Made by a program: the position numbers and the translations under genes. DNA of 64,000 bases from Neophaeotheca triangularis (taxonomy: Eukaryota). The stretch spans positions 1 through 64,000 of the forward strand of contig BAAIJX010000006.1 in the NCBI GenBank assembly GCA_054600435.1, given 5' to 3'. Below are positions 1 to 9,730 of the stretch, one piece after another (within the stretch, counting starts at the first letter, position 1; each line of letters starts with the position of its first letter). The notes beneath the pieces are model-generated. The model saw only the letters and a program-made list of their open reading frames with translations. It was not told the DNA's origin and made no database searches.

Positions 1-100
1 CTAACCCTAACCCTAACCCTAACCCTAACCCTAACCCTAACCCTAACCCTAACCCTAACCCTAACCCTAACCCTAACCCTAACCCTACCCTAACCCTAAC
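1..100 (+). repeat. Telomeric repeat (CCCTAA)n, chromosome end
   Basis: About 16 tandem CCCTAA units from base 1, with one 5-nt CCCTA variant at 83-87. This is the C-strand of the TTAGGG telomere typical of filamentous ascomycetes. Confidence 0.99.
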
Positions 101-775
101 TCTAGCTTAGATTCTAGCTCTATAGATATAGACTCTAAGGAAGAGAACCTAACGGCTACTAATATTATAGATCTAAGATCTAATTCTAGTACTAATAGTA
201 GTTATAATCCTACTAGATCTAAAACTAAAGAAAGATCTATCTCTAGATCTAGGAAAGAAAATAGACTAGAGACTAAGAAGCTTAAAGAGCTAGAGAATAC
301 TATAATAAGCCCTTCTAAAAATACACTAATAGAAGGCTATCTTAATAATATTAATAAAGATAAACCTAAAGATACTAGTAATTCTAGAGATATAGACTTA
401 GATCTAGATTTAGATCTAGATTCTTTCTTTACTATAGAGAGTAGTATAGAAGATAATATAAAAGTACCTAGCTCTAATAAAGAGCTAGATAATAGATCTC
501 TAAATCTAGAGAGTAACTTTAATAGATTTAGATTAGGATCTAGTATAGGGGGGCCTACTAGTAGTATTAAAGGACCTAGTAGAGTAGGATCTAAAAGATC
601 TTATAATAATAGAAATAGTAGCTCTAGTAGAGATCTAAGTCTAGAAAATAGAATAGAAGATAACTTTACTAATATAGAGGATGATCTTTCTAATACTAAG
701 ACTAAAGAGAAAAAGAAAGGAGGTAGACCTAAAAAGATTAAAACAGGAAAAAAGGGAAAGCCTAGAAAGGAGTAA
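83..775 (+). other. Start-less, stop-free 230-codon reading frame fused to the telomere (5'-truncated gene or element fragment) with a basic AT-hook-like C-terminus
   Basis: Manual translation from codon 83 gives PYPNPNSSLDSSSIDIDSKEENLTATNIIDLRSNS...EDDLSNTKTKEKKKGGRPKKIKTGKKGKPRKE, then TAA TAA at 773-778. No internal stop, and no Met, Gln, Trp, His or Cys codons. Confidence 0.7.
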
Positions 776-915
776 TAATCTTTTCTAGTCTTAGAATACT
801 TTATACTACTATATTTTAATACTCTTACTCTTTACTAATAGTCTTATTATTCCTTTTTTAATCTAAGTACTTAACTTACTATATCCTAATACTATAAATT
901 CCTAGTAATAATAAA

Positions 916-939
916 TCTTAACTCTAACTCTAACCCTAA
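916..939 (+). repeat. Degenerate interstitial telomere-like tract
   Basis: TCTTAA CTCTAA CTCTAA CCCTAA, in the same orientation as the terminal repeat. Confidence 0.65.
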
Positions 940-1111
940 TTTATGAAATTACTAAGTTTTAGTTTTACTTAAAAGAGTATAGATTTAGGGAGGGTTACTT
1001 CTTAGGAGTAAAGTCTATATTAGTAAAAGATATAGAAGTACTAAGCTTTTAAGATTACTTTATAGTATAAGGTAATTCTAATATATAGAGAATACTAAAG
1101 TAAGTAGGGAA

Positions 1112-2700
1112 GTTAAGATATATATAAAGCTATAGATTTATTAGATTATAACTAGTAGTTTCTATAGATACTATTAGGTCTAGTAAAGTCTACTAAGCTA
1201 GCTAGAAGTCCCTAGAAACTTCCTAGTACCTTTACTAGCCCTAAATTGTTAGAGTCTATAGTAAGTTCTAAGTCGATTTATATAGAGAGCTATAGATTTA
1301 CGACACCTTAGCTAGTAGTTTCTATAGATACTTTTAGGTCTAGTAAAGCCTATAAAACTAGCTAGAAGTCCCTAGAAACTTCCTAGTACCTTTACTAGCC
1401 CTAACTATCTAGAGTCTATAGTAAGTTCTTAGTCGATTTATGTAGAGGGCTATAGATTTACGACACCTTAGCTAGTAGTTTCTATAGATACCTTTAGGTC
1501 TAGTAAAGCCTATAAAACTAGCTAGAAGTCCCTAGGAACTTCCTACTACCTTTACTAATTCTTACTATTCTAGCTCTATAGTAAGTTCTTAGTCGATTTA
1601 TATAGAGAGCTATAGATTCACGACACCTTAGCTAGTAGTTTCTCTAGATACCTTTAGGTCTATTAAAGTCTATAAAACTAGCTAGAAGTCTCTAGAAACT
1701 TCCTACTACCTTTACTAATTCTTATTCTCTTAGGTTTATAGTAAGCTCTTAGTCGATTTATATAGAGAGCTATAGATTTACGACACCTTAGCTAGTAGTT
1801 TCTATAGATACTTTTAGGTCTAGTAAAGCCTATAAAACTAGCTAGAAGTCCCTAGAAACTTCTTAGTACCTTTACTAATACTAAGTTTCTAGAGTCTATA
1901 GTAAGTTCTTAGTCGATTTATGTAGAGGGCTATAGATTTACGACACCTTAGCTAGTAGTTTCTCTAGATACCTTTAGGTCTATTAAAGTCTATAAAACTA
2001 GCTAGAAGTCTCTAGAAACTTCCTACTACCTTTACTAATTCTTATTCTCTTAGGTTTATAGTAAGCTCTTAGTCGATTTATATAGAGAGCTATAGATTTA
2101 CGACACCTTAGCTAGTAGTTTCTATAGATACTTTTAGGTCTAGTAAAGCCTATAAAACTAGCTAGAAGTCCCTAGAAACTTCCTACTTCCTTTACTAATT
2201 CTTACTATTCTAGCTTAACCCTAAGTTCTTAGTCGATTTATATAGAGGGCTATAGATTTACTAGAACTTAGCTAGTAGTTTCTATAGGTCTTCTTAGGTA
2301 TAGTAAAGTCTATAAAGCTAGCTAGAGCTCCCTAGAAACTTTATAGTACTTTTAATAACTCTAAATACTAAGAGTCTATAGTAAGCTCTAAGTCGATTTA
2401 TATAGAAAGCTATAGATTTACTAGACCTTAACTAGTAGTTTCTATAGGTCTCTATAGATATACTAAAGCCTATAAAACTATCTAGAAGTCTATAGAAACT
2501 TCCTAATATCTTTTATATCTAATTCTTCCCCCTACCCTCTTATAAAAAGTATTACTAGGATTTATAGAGAGTTCTATAGATTTACGTTAGATACTAGCTC
2601 ATTTTCTATAGACTCTATAAACTATATAGATCCTAGGAAAACTAACTAGAAGTCCTAGAAAACTTCCTAGCTCTTATAAAAACTAATTTTCTTAATTTTG
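1112..2700. repeat. Subtelomeric tandem array, 160-bp unit, about 10 copies
   Basis: Anchor GTCGATTTA at 1272, 1432, 1592, 1752, 1912, 2072, 2232 and 2392 (exact 160-bp spacing). Degenerate flanking units near 1112 and 2552. Confidence 0.96.
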
Positions 2701-2727
2701 CCGGTAAAATAGAGTTATACCATTAGA

Positions 2728-3490
2728 GTGGTTATACTAGGCGCGATAGACGATAGCGAGGAGACAGAAGTAGGAGACGATATAGATAAGCGCTCCTCGC
2801 GTATCTCTAGTCGTAGTATTAGACGCTACTTAAGGCGCTAATCTCGTCATAATAGACGTAATTCTACTAGTATAGAAGAGAACGCCCTACCTATACCCGG
2901 TCTATATAAGAAGTAGTATATATAGTAGGAGGTTAAGAAGAATAGCGACGCGCCGCCTACCTCTAAGCGGTCTTTAAAGCTTTAGTCTCGCCTTTCGTTT
3001 TCCTGATCCCATCATAGCTCTATAGTGACTATAGACGGTAAAAAGCTACCTATACCTAGCCCTTAAGAGAACCGTCTACTATAGGAAGAGCTTTAGAAGC
3101 GCGCCCCTACTCCTTTTAACGCCGTAGCTACTAGGAATAGTGATTCTAAAGGGATCCGTAAGCGCTATTCGAGGGGCTTTAGACTCTTACGCTTACGCTA
3201 TAACTCTACGGCTATAGAACCCGACACCGCGTTACCCCTAATACCTAGACCCTTCGAACAATAGATGCTAGAAGATTAGCTAAACGAACACGCTCGTACC
3301 TAGTTCGATGTAGAGGAATCTTTACCTAGCCTTAAGGACACGAGTCGCCGTAGAAGGAATGCGAAATAGCGAGCCATTTTACCGCATACCGTTTCTTACA
3401 CAACCTAAGTTATGTAGAGCGAGGAGACTAATACTAGAGGCAAGTCTGGCTTAGCTACTATAGGGGACGTAGAATGTATTATAGAACTTG
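2728..3490 (+). pseudogene. RIP-inactivated gene relic (5'-truncated, unknown product)
   Basis: The frame starting at 2728 reads protein-like if TAG/TAA are restored to Gln (ENRLL*EEL*KRAPTPF; PFEQ*MLED*LNEHART*FDVEESLP). About 15 in-frame stops by manual count. Confidence 0.55.
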
Positions 3491-3566
3491 TAGTTCTTAT
3501 ATCGTGCTTAGATTATCAGCTAATGCCCGGAAAGCGGAATGTACATAGAAGAGAAATGTACCTCTA

Positions 3567-4810
3567 TTAGTTAAACAGTCGGTTCCCCCTCGACACCGTT
3601 TCATTCGTAGGCATCTCATGCCTCTCCTCTACTGTCTCTAGCCTAGTCGACGAAGCGCTCCTACCGAGTTCTACTTGCCCGTGTTTTGCTGGTAAGTCTT
3701 GCGCTTCGTTACCAAGTGGCGCTTCACTAGCTAGCTGTTCCATCTCGTGCCGCTGACCGTCGGTACCCAACATCGCTCCACGATCAAGCTCCTCCCCGTC
3801 AAGCTCAGCTAAGGTCGCCGGTTGGGGAGAAGAACTTGAGTGCTGGCGTCTGCGACGCCGCGGCCGCCACCACAGAAAATACATCAAGGCTACGATTAAG
3901 CCGATGAGGCATGGAACGCCAACACCGAGCCCTACGCCTAGAGCGGTGGAGTCTGCATCGGAGCCATTCGAGGCATCGTTTAGGGGATCTTGGCCGTTGC
4001 CGTTGCCGCTCTCGCTATCGTCTTCTTCGCCGGCATCCTCTTGCGAAGTTCTTTCGCCCAGGAGTACAGCATCCGCAAAGTCGTTAGCTATAGCACATTC
4101 GTATTCCTGTCTGACGGAGCCGCTAGTGTAGAGACCGTTGAGCGGGCTACAGGCCAGTTCGGCAGTTGAGCTTAAGATGAAATTCCCTCCGACAACAGTT
4201 AGAGCCGGGAAAGACGCACTGCAGCTAGCCGTCAGTTGAAAGTTCGATGCGCTTTCCACCTGTCACTCACTGAACACTTACTCGCTAATGGGCCCGTCGA
4301 TCTCAACGTTCCCGCTGACTCTCTCAAGTCGATAGAAAGTTCCAATCGATGTGAGGTTCATGTTGCTAGAGATGATAAAATCGCCATTAATGGTTTGCAG
4401 TTCCGGTAGCGTTTTCGAGAAGTTCCATACCGGTGAGATTGTGGGTATAAATCCCGTCGTAGTATTCGCTTGGTGTTACAAGAGCAATTCCGCCGGCATA
4501 TGTTTGACATCCAGAACCCAGAACGGCAGCTTCTCCGGTGCTTGTCACGGTGTAGGTGAGGCCAGACACCAAGCTGCAGCCTGGCCATCGAGCGACGTTA
4601 GCACCGACTCTATGCACAGGGTCTTTCCCTCAACTGCTCAACAGTTCAAGCGATGGCAGAAGCGAACGTCTCACCGTTAGTGACTACGACAGTCTCGTAC
4701 AAAGTGTCCGCGTAAGTTAGTATCTGCGTTCGCGTGTAGGACGTGCGCGAGGTGGTGCTGGCTACGCCTGTCATTGAGGCTGCTGTCGGGCTGGCCGTTG
4801 AAGCAGACAT
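3567..4810 (-). pseudogene. Ecm33/Sps2-like (receptor L-domain repeat) single-pass membrane protein, apparently frameshifted
   Basis: Segments CSLVSGLTYTV...GCQTYAGGIAL, PELQTINGDFIISSNMNLTSI...RLERVSGNVEIDGPIS and ASFPALTVVGGNFILSST; TM helix GVGLGVGVPCLIGLIVALMYFLWW followed by RPRRRRR; AELDG tail. Intron 4219-4281 (GTAAGT..CTGAC..CAG). The frame changes near 4405 with no convincing intron. Confidence 0.5.
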
Positions 4811-5855
4811 CGTAGTGAACTACTGTCGGGGCTCCTTGCTGAACGTTGATAGCAGCGCGCAAACTCAACAGACACAGAACAAACGCCTGCTGGGCACAAA
4901 CTCGGATAGGTCGGGCCTTAAAGGAAGAGAGAACCTTGGAAGGGAGCCAGTATTAATGCAAAAGGTCTGCAGGCCGTTCAGCTCCCCTCCGCTGCAATCT
5001 ACATTGCCGATGCCAATCGTACGTACATAGCTTCACACCTGATGAAATAGCTGAGCTACATGCGACATGCGGCGGGCGGGACTATGCCAACCAAGGAGGT
5101 TTTCGTCTACATTGTGTCACGACTCACAAGTGGTCTTGATTGCGATGCCCGTCCAGTCTTATTGGCTCTTGCATCGTGAACGGAGGAGGCGAAAATGAAG
5201 CGAATCTAGTGATATACGGCATCCGGGCATCTTGAACGGCCTGTCTTCTGCTACATGGAGGCAATTATCACACCGTGTGCAAGAGCCTGTAAACGAGCGT
5301 GAACGAGGTGGAGGCGCGACCGGTGAAGCGACTACCAAGCTGCAGCTTCGCTCGGCGAGCTCGGCCAAGCACATGTGACAGACGATCGTGGTTTGACACG
5401 TACGTACCGGTATGCGGTTGTCCTCGGGTAATGCAGATTGAATAGGTAGTCGTGTTGTTCAGAGAATAACCTTCGCAATAGTGAATGACACCTAGTGGTC
5501 CGATGGTGCGATGGCCGACAGTGAGGATTCGAATCCCATCGTCTTAAGGGCAGCGGTTGTCGGTAGCAACGTCCCACTATCCCCGGGCCTGAGTACCAAA
5601 CCGATATCCGGTTCTCGAGCATAGCCCCACGTGCCCCGACTCACACGGGAATCCAATCGGCCGTTCCACAGTGAAAGCACCGAGCGTTGATGTCGCATCT
5701 ACTGTATATCTATTGCCGAAGCAATTGCCTCGTAATGGTTAGGTAAAGGTGGCCAGATACCACCATCACCACCACTACCTGTGGCCCAGACAATGATAAG
5801 TAGTGAAGATTCGATCAACCGCACCAGGCTACCCGAGGACGACAACACGCAGACC

Positions 5856-7367
5856 ATGGCAGGAACCACCCACCGAAATGCAGTCCTCATGGTTGCCGAC
5901 GATCTCGGCCTCTCGCTTGGTTGCTACGGCGTCTCAAGCATCGAAACTCCAAATCTAGACAAACTCGCCGCCGACGGCACAAAGTTCACAAACGCATTCG
6001 CCAGCACAGCATCCTGCAGCGGCAGCAGATCAACGATATATTCCGGTCTTCACACCCACCAGAACGGTCAATACGGCCTCGCTCACGGTTGGAACCACTT
6101 CCAGACCCACGACCATGTCCAAACGCTCCCCAAGATTTTCAACTCCGCTGGCTTCCAGACTGGTATCATCGGCAAAGTGCATGTTGGACCCAAGTCAGTC
6201 TACCCATGGGAAGTCTACGAAGCCAGCCAAAGCCGTAATGTAGTGGAGAACGCACGGAGAGCTGGCGCTTTCTTCGACAAGGCGGCGGACACGAAACGGC
6301 CATTCCATCTGACCGTCGGCTTCCGGGATCCTCACAGAGACGGCACGAGAGGCGGGTTCGGCAATGACGAAGAGGACGTCAAGCATCTTGCTGTTCCCTA
6401 TTATCGAGAAAGCGAGGTAGAGATCCCCGAGTACCTTCCCGATGTCCCCGAGGTGCGCAAGGAGCTTGTAGAGTATTACAAGTCGGTTTCGCGATTAGAC
6501 ATCGGCGTCGGTCTCGTGTTGCAGGAGCTGCAAAAACGTGGGCTCGATCAAAACACCATGGTTGTCTTCGTAAGCGATAATGGAGCGCCCTTTGTCAATT
6601 CAAAGACCACGCTGTATGACGCTGGTGTGCGGTTGCCGATGCTCATGAAGATCCCCGGGCAGAAACGAAGCGCCATCAACCCAAATCTCGTCAGCTTTTT
6701 AGATCTCATCCCGTCGTTCATGGACTGGTGCAAGGTACAGAAACCCAGCCAAGAGCCAAACGAAGATGACATGACCTCCCCTGCACGAGAAGGCGACTCG
6801 GTACTCCCCATAGTCGACGCCAGCGATATTCGAGAAGACTGGAAATCCGACATTTTCGGTTCTCATACATTTCACGAAATACAAAACTGCTACCCAACGC
6901 GCTACATGCGCACACATAAGTACAAGTACCACCGCAACATCTTCTGGAAGCTCGACTTTCCCTTCGGAACTGATCTTTACGGCAGCCTTTCGTGGGAGGG
7001 CATTCGAAACTTGCCCCAACCACTGAAGCTGGGAGATCGTCGGATCGAGGATTACCTGCAGAGAGGGCCGGAACAGCTCTTCGACATGGAGAACGACCCG
7101 AAGGAATTGAATGATCTTGCCGGCAAGCCAGAATACGCCGAAATTGTTGACAGTATGCGGAAAGAGCTCGAAGCGTGGCAGTGGCGGACGCAAGATCCGT
7201 GGTTCTTCAGAGATGGCGTATCTCTTATGGCTTCGCGAGGATATCAGCAACAGGGTCTGCAGATGCGGGATCGCTTCGACTTTGATCCAAAGGATACGCA
7301 GACAGTCGGGAAGAGGCTGTGGTCGTCGGAGACTTTGCCGCAGTTTGAGGCTCCCAAGCTGGGCTGA
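5856..7367 (+). CDS. Sulfatase, N-sulfoglucosamine sulfohydrolase (sulfamidase)-like, intronless
   Basis: NAVLMVADDLG, TASCSGSRSTIYSG (sulfatase Cys motif variant), GKVH, DPH, FVSDNG, C-terminal EQLFDMENDPKELNDLA. Alternative upstream ATG at 5793. Confidence 0.88.
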   Translation: MAGTTHRNAVLMVADDLGLSLGCYGVSSIETPNLDKLAADGTKFTNAFASTASCSGSRSTIYSGLHTHQNGQYGLAHGWNHFQTHDHVQTLPKIFNSAGFQTGIIGKVHVGPKSVYPWEVYEASQSRNVVENARRAGAFFDKAADTKRPFHLTVGFRDPHRDGTRGGFGNDEEDVKHLAVPYYRESEVEIPEYLPDVPEVRKELVEYYKSVSRLDIGVGLVLQELQKRGLDQNTMVVFVSDNGAPFVNSKTTLYDAGVRLPMLMKIPGQKRSAINPNLVSFLDLIPSFMDWCKVQKPSQEPNEDDMTSPAREGDSVLPIVDASDIREDWKSDIFGSHTFHEIQNCYPTRYMRTHKYKYHRNIFWKLDFPFGTDLYGSLSWEGIRNLPQPLKLGDRRIEDYLQRGPEQLFDMENDPKELNDLAGKPEYAEIVDSMRKELEAWQWRTQDPWFFRDGVSLMASRGYQQQGLQMRDRFDFDPKDTQTVGKRLWSSETLPQFEAPKLG

Positions 7368-7517
7368 GGGCTACCTGGAGCTCTATTGCGTGATCGGCGG
7401 ATGTGCAGAGCACTAAAGATGATATACAGTGCAATGACTCAGATACAAATATCCTAATCCAAAGAACCTCTTTGGTAGCGCTTGTGACAACCTTGCACCT
7501 GAAGCTTGCTGTCTCCA

Positions 7518-9730
7518 TCAACCAATAGGTCTAGAAAAAGATCCGTAGTCGAAATCGTTCGTCGGGCCAAAGTACGCATCGAATGTGCCGTTGAGTTCAG
7601 ATTGACCAGGGCCCCGCAAAACAGACATGAGCCAAGAGTCGTCTAGTTGCCCCCAATTTTCACCCATTAAATTTGTCTGTGATTGTTGTCCACCTCCACT
7701 AAAGACATTTTGAGGATACTGCTGTTCGACTGGTGCGAGTTGCCCTGTCTGCATGGTCGGCGTAGGCGGGTTGTTGGCGGAGGGCGTGGGTAAGCTGTTA
7801 GGAGTGGCGAAAAAGAGTCCTTCGCCACTGCGGTCCACGTTGGCGGCATCGAGGACATTGTATCTTGAGAACTTGTGGGGCATTGCCGGAGACATGGTGT
7901 CGGGAGTTCCGTGGGAGGTTTCTGGCTGCGGTGACTGTTGGCGCGACTGGGAGACAGGTGGTGCGCCATGGTCCAGGAGTCGTTGGATGTCGCGCTGGAT
8001 GGGACTGACTGCAGGGTTGTATAAACGCAGTTTCTCCACCATGCGAAGGCAGTGTGACACGGCTGTCTTGATCTCCATTGGTGCTGGCGGTGTCTCTTTC
8101 ATGTACACAGATCGAGACACGATGTTAGCGCTTTGATATGCGGAGAGAGCGATGCTCGGCGCTATCAAAGGCGTTTCTGGGTCGAGATCCACAAGATGTC
8201 CCAGAAGGCCCGCAACAGAATAGGCATGAGCAACGCACTGGGACATGCAGTGCTTTGCAAAGTCTTGAGGAATCCGGTAGAGGAGACGAGAGGAGCTCGT
8301 TTCTCGGAAACCAGGTGTGAGAAAGCGGTAGAGGTCGCAGTGGCATTGATGCCAGGTAATGTGTATGAGACAGTAAGGTGATAGCGAGGATGAGCACGAG
8401 CGTAGCGACAAGTTCTTCGAATTGAGCACAATGTTTTCCGGCCACGCTTTTTGTTGCTGGTCTAGCTCGAACTCGAAGCCTTGGATCGCCCGTTGCATTT
8501 CAGAAGCATCTGCTTCGATACCTGTTACGGATTTGGTGTAGCGCAGAATGCGATCCCGTATGTCGACGACTTTCATGAAGAAGCCCAAGATACTTGGCGT
8601 AGCTGATGCGGGTGATAGGTTGGACCGCAGGGTGAGTTTCGTCGGCGGCTGATCCAGTTCGAAGGTTTGCTCGTCCGAGGGCAGCCAGAGACGAATCGAC
8701 GGAGCACGGCAGAGAGTGAGGTCATCTATGCCACCAGACATGAAGGTGTCTGTAACGTAAATGGCCCATACAAGCCGTCTACGTGACTCTTGGGCCAGGA
8801 ACGGAAGTGAAGGGTCCTCGTAGTTCAGCCGCAGCAAAAAGGCCATGCGCGTGCAGAGGGCGAAAAGAGACACAACCCGTCTGGAGTCACCCGTGGCAAG
8901 CCGGTAGAGTACGACTAATTGCAGTGCCTGAACATGCACCACAGAAGGCCGGGTTAGAGATAGCAGGATATCATGCTCCGCCTCATCAGCTCGCCGTGCG
9001 CCTTCTTCTTTGAGATCGGGGTGGTGAAGCGATGCCATGGCACATACAGCGCGCAACAGGCCAGCATCGAGCTGACCGTGCTGCTTTTGGTTCATGAAGA
9101 CGGCTTTGTGCAGAAAATTGCACTCCGGATGTGGATGAACGGCGCGGAAGAAGGTCTGCACGAGCACGCTGATCGGGAAACGTTCGTCTTCGGTAGACGG
9201 CATGCTTGTCCGGTGCGAGGTTGCTGAAGGGGCACCCGTTGTTGCTCTGATCGCAGTCGCATGCTCCCCTCCCGAGGGCGTGAAGGGTGGCGCTGAAGAG
9301 GCGGCGGCAGCGGGCTGGCTCCACGGCTCAGAACTGGACGGCGCAAAGGCCTGAGATCCAAGCCTGGTATCCTCGTAAACGCAAGGCACACCTTTCTCAC
9401 GGCAGCGTAAACAGTCAGGCTGCTGATCGGTGCACCGTGACTTGTGGCGTTGACACGCCTGGCATGCTAGGCGTGTTCGTTTGCGCGGTGGAGGACCGCT
9501 GGGGACAGCGCTAGGACTCCCCGGCGACGCGGCCACCATGAAGTTGCACGCAAACCCTAGACGAACACAGGTCTCACAGCCAGCTCCATTGCCGTCTTGC
9601 GACTGTGGCCGACCGGGGCACCGTACCTGTTGGCGTGGTCAGAATGAACGTTGACAAAGGTATGCAGTGGCAGCTTCGGCGGGGTTCCGCATCTGACCTT
9701 TCTGTGTCTACATTGGATGCAAGTCGTCAT
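7518..9730 (-). CDS. Zn(II)2Cys6 transcription factor with two zinc clusters and a fungal TF middle domain
   Basis: Exon 1 (9698-9730, MTTCIQCRHRK), intron 9627-9697, then VRCPGRPQSQDGNGAGCETCVRLGFAC in frame with ORF 7518-9539. That ORF holds ACQACQRHKSRC..CLRCREKGVPCVY and ESRRRLVWAIYVTD. Confidence 0.9.

Larger units (their letters stand above)
101..3560. other. RIP-mutated AT-rich subtelomeric domain
   Basis: Very frequent TA/CTAG/TATA, near-absence of CA and TG dinucleotides, CG retained. The signal fades gradually past about 3.5 kb. Matches the known repeat-induced point mutation signature. Confidence 0.92.

Noticed and set aside
985..997. TTAGGGAGGGTTA as inverted partner of the 916-939 tract
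   Set aside because: Too short and imperfect to distinguish from chance.
1112..2700. CRISPR-like array (conserved repeat plus variable segment)
   Set aside because: Eukaryotic telomeric context, the conserved part is about 140 bp, the variable parts are related to one another, and there are no cas genes. It is a satellite.
1112..2700. Coding tandem repeat
   Set aside because: A unit length of 160 is not a multiple of 3, and TAG/TAA/CTA/TTA words are dense on both strands.
100..3560. Telomere-linked RecQ helicase or recognisable RT/transposase relic
   Set aside because: No helicase, YxDD, DDE or zinc-knuckle motif was seen in the frames I translated. A profile search is needed to exclude it fully.
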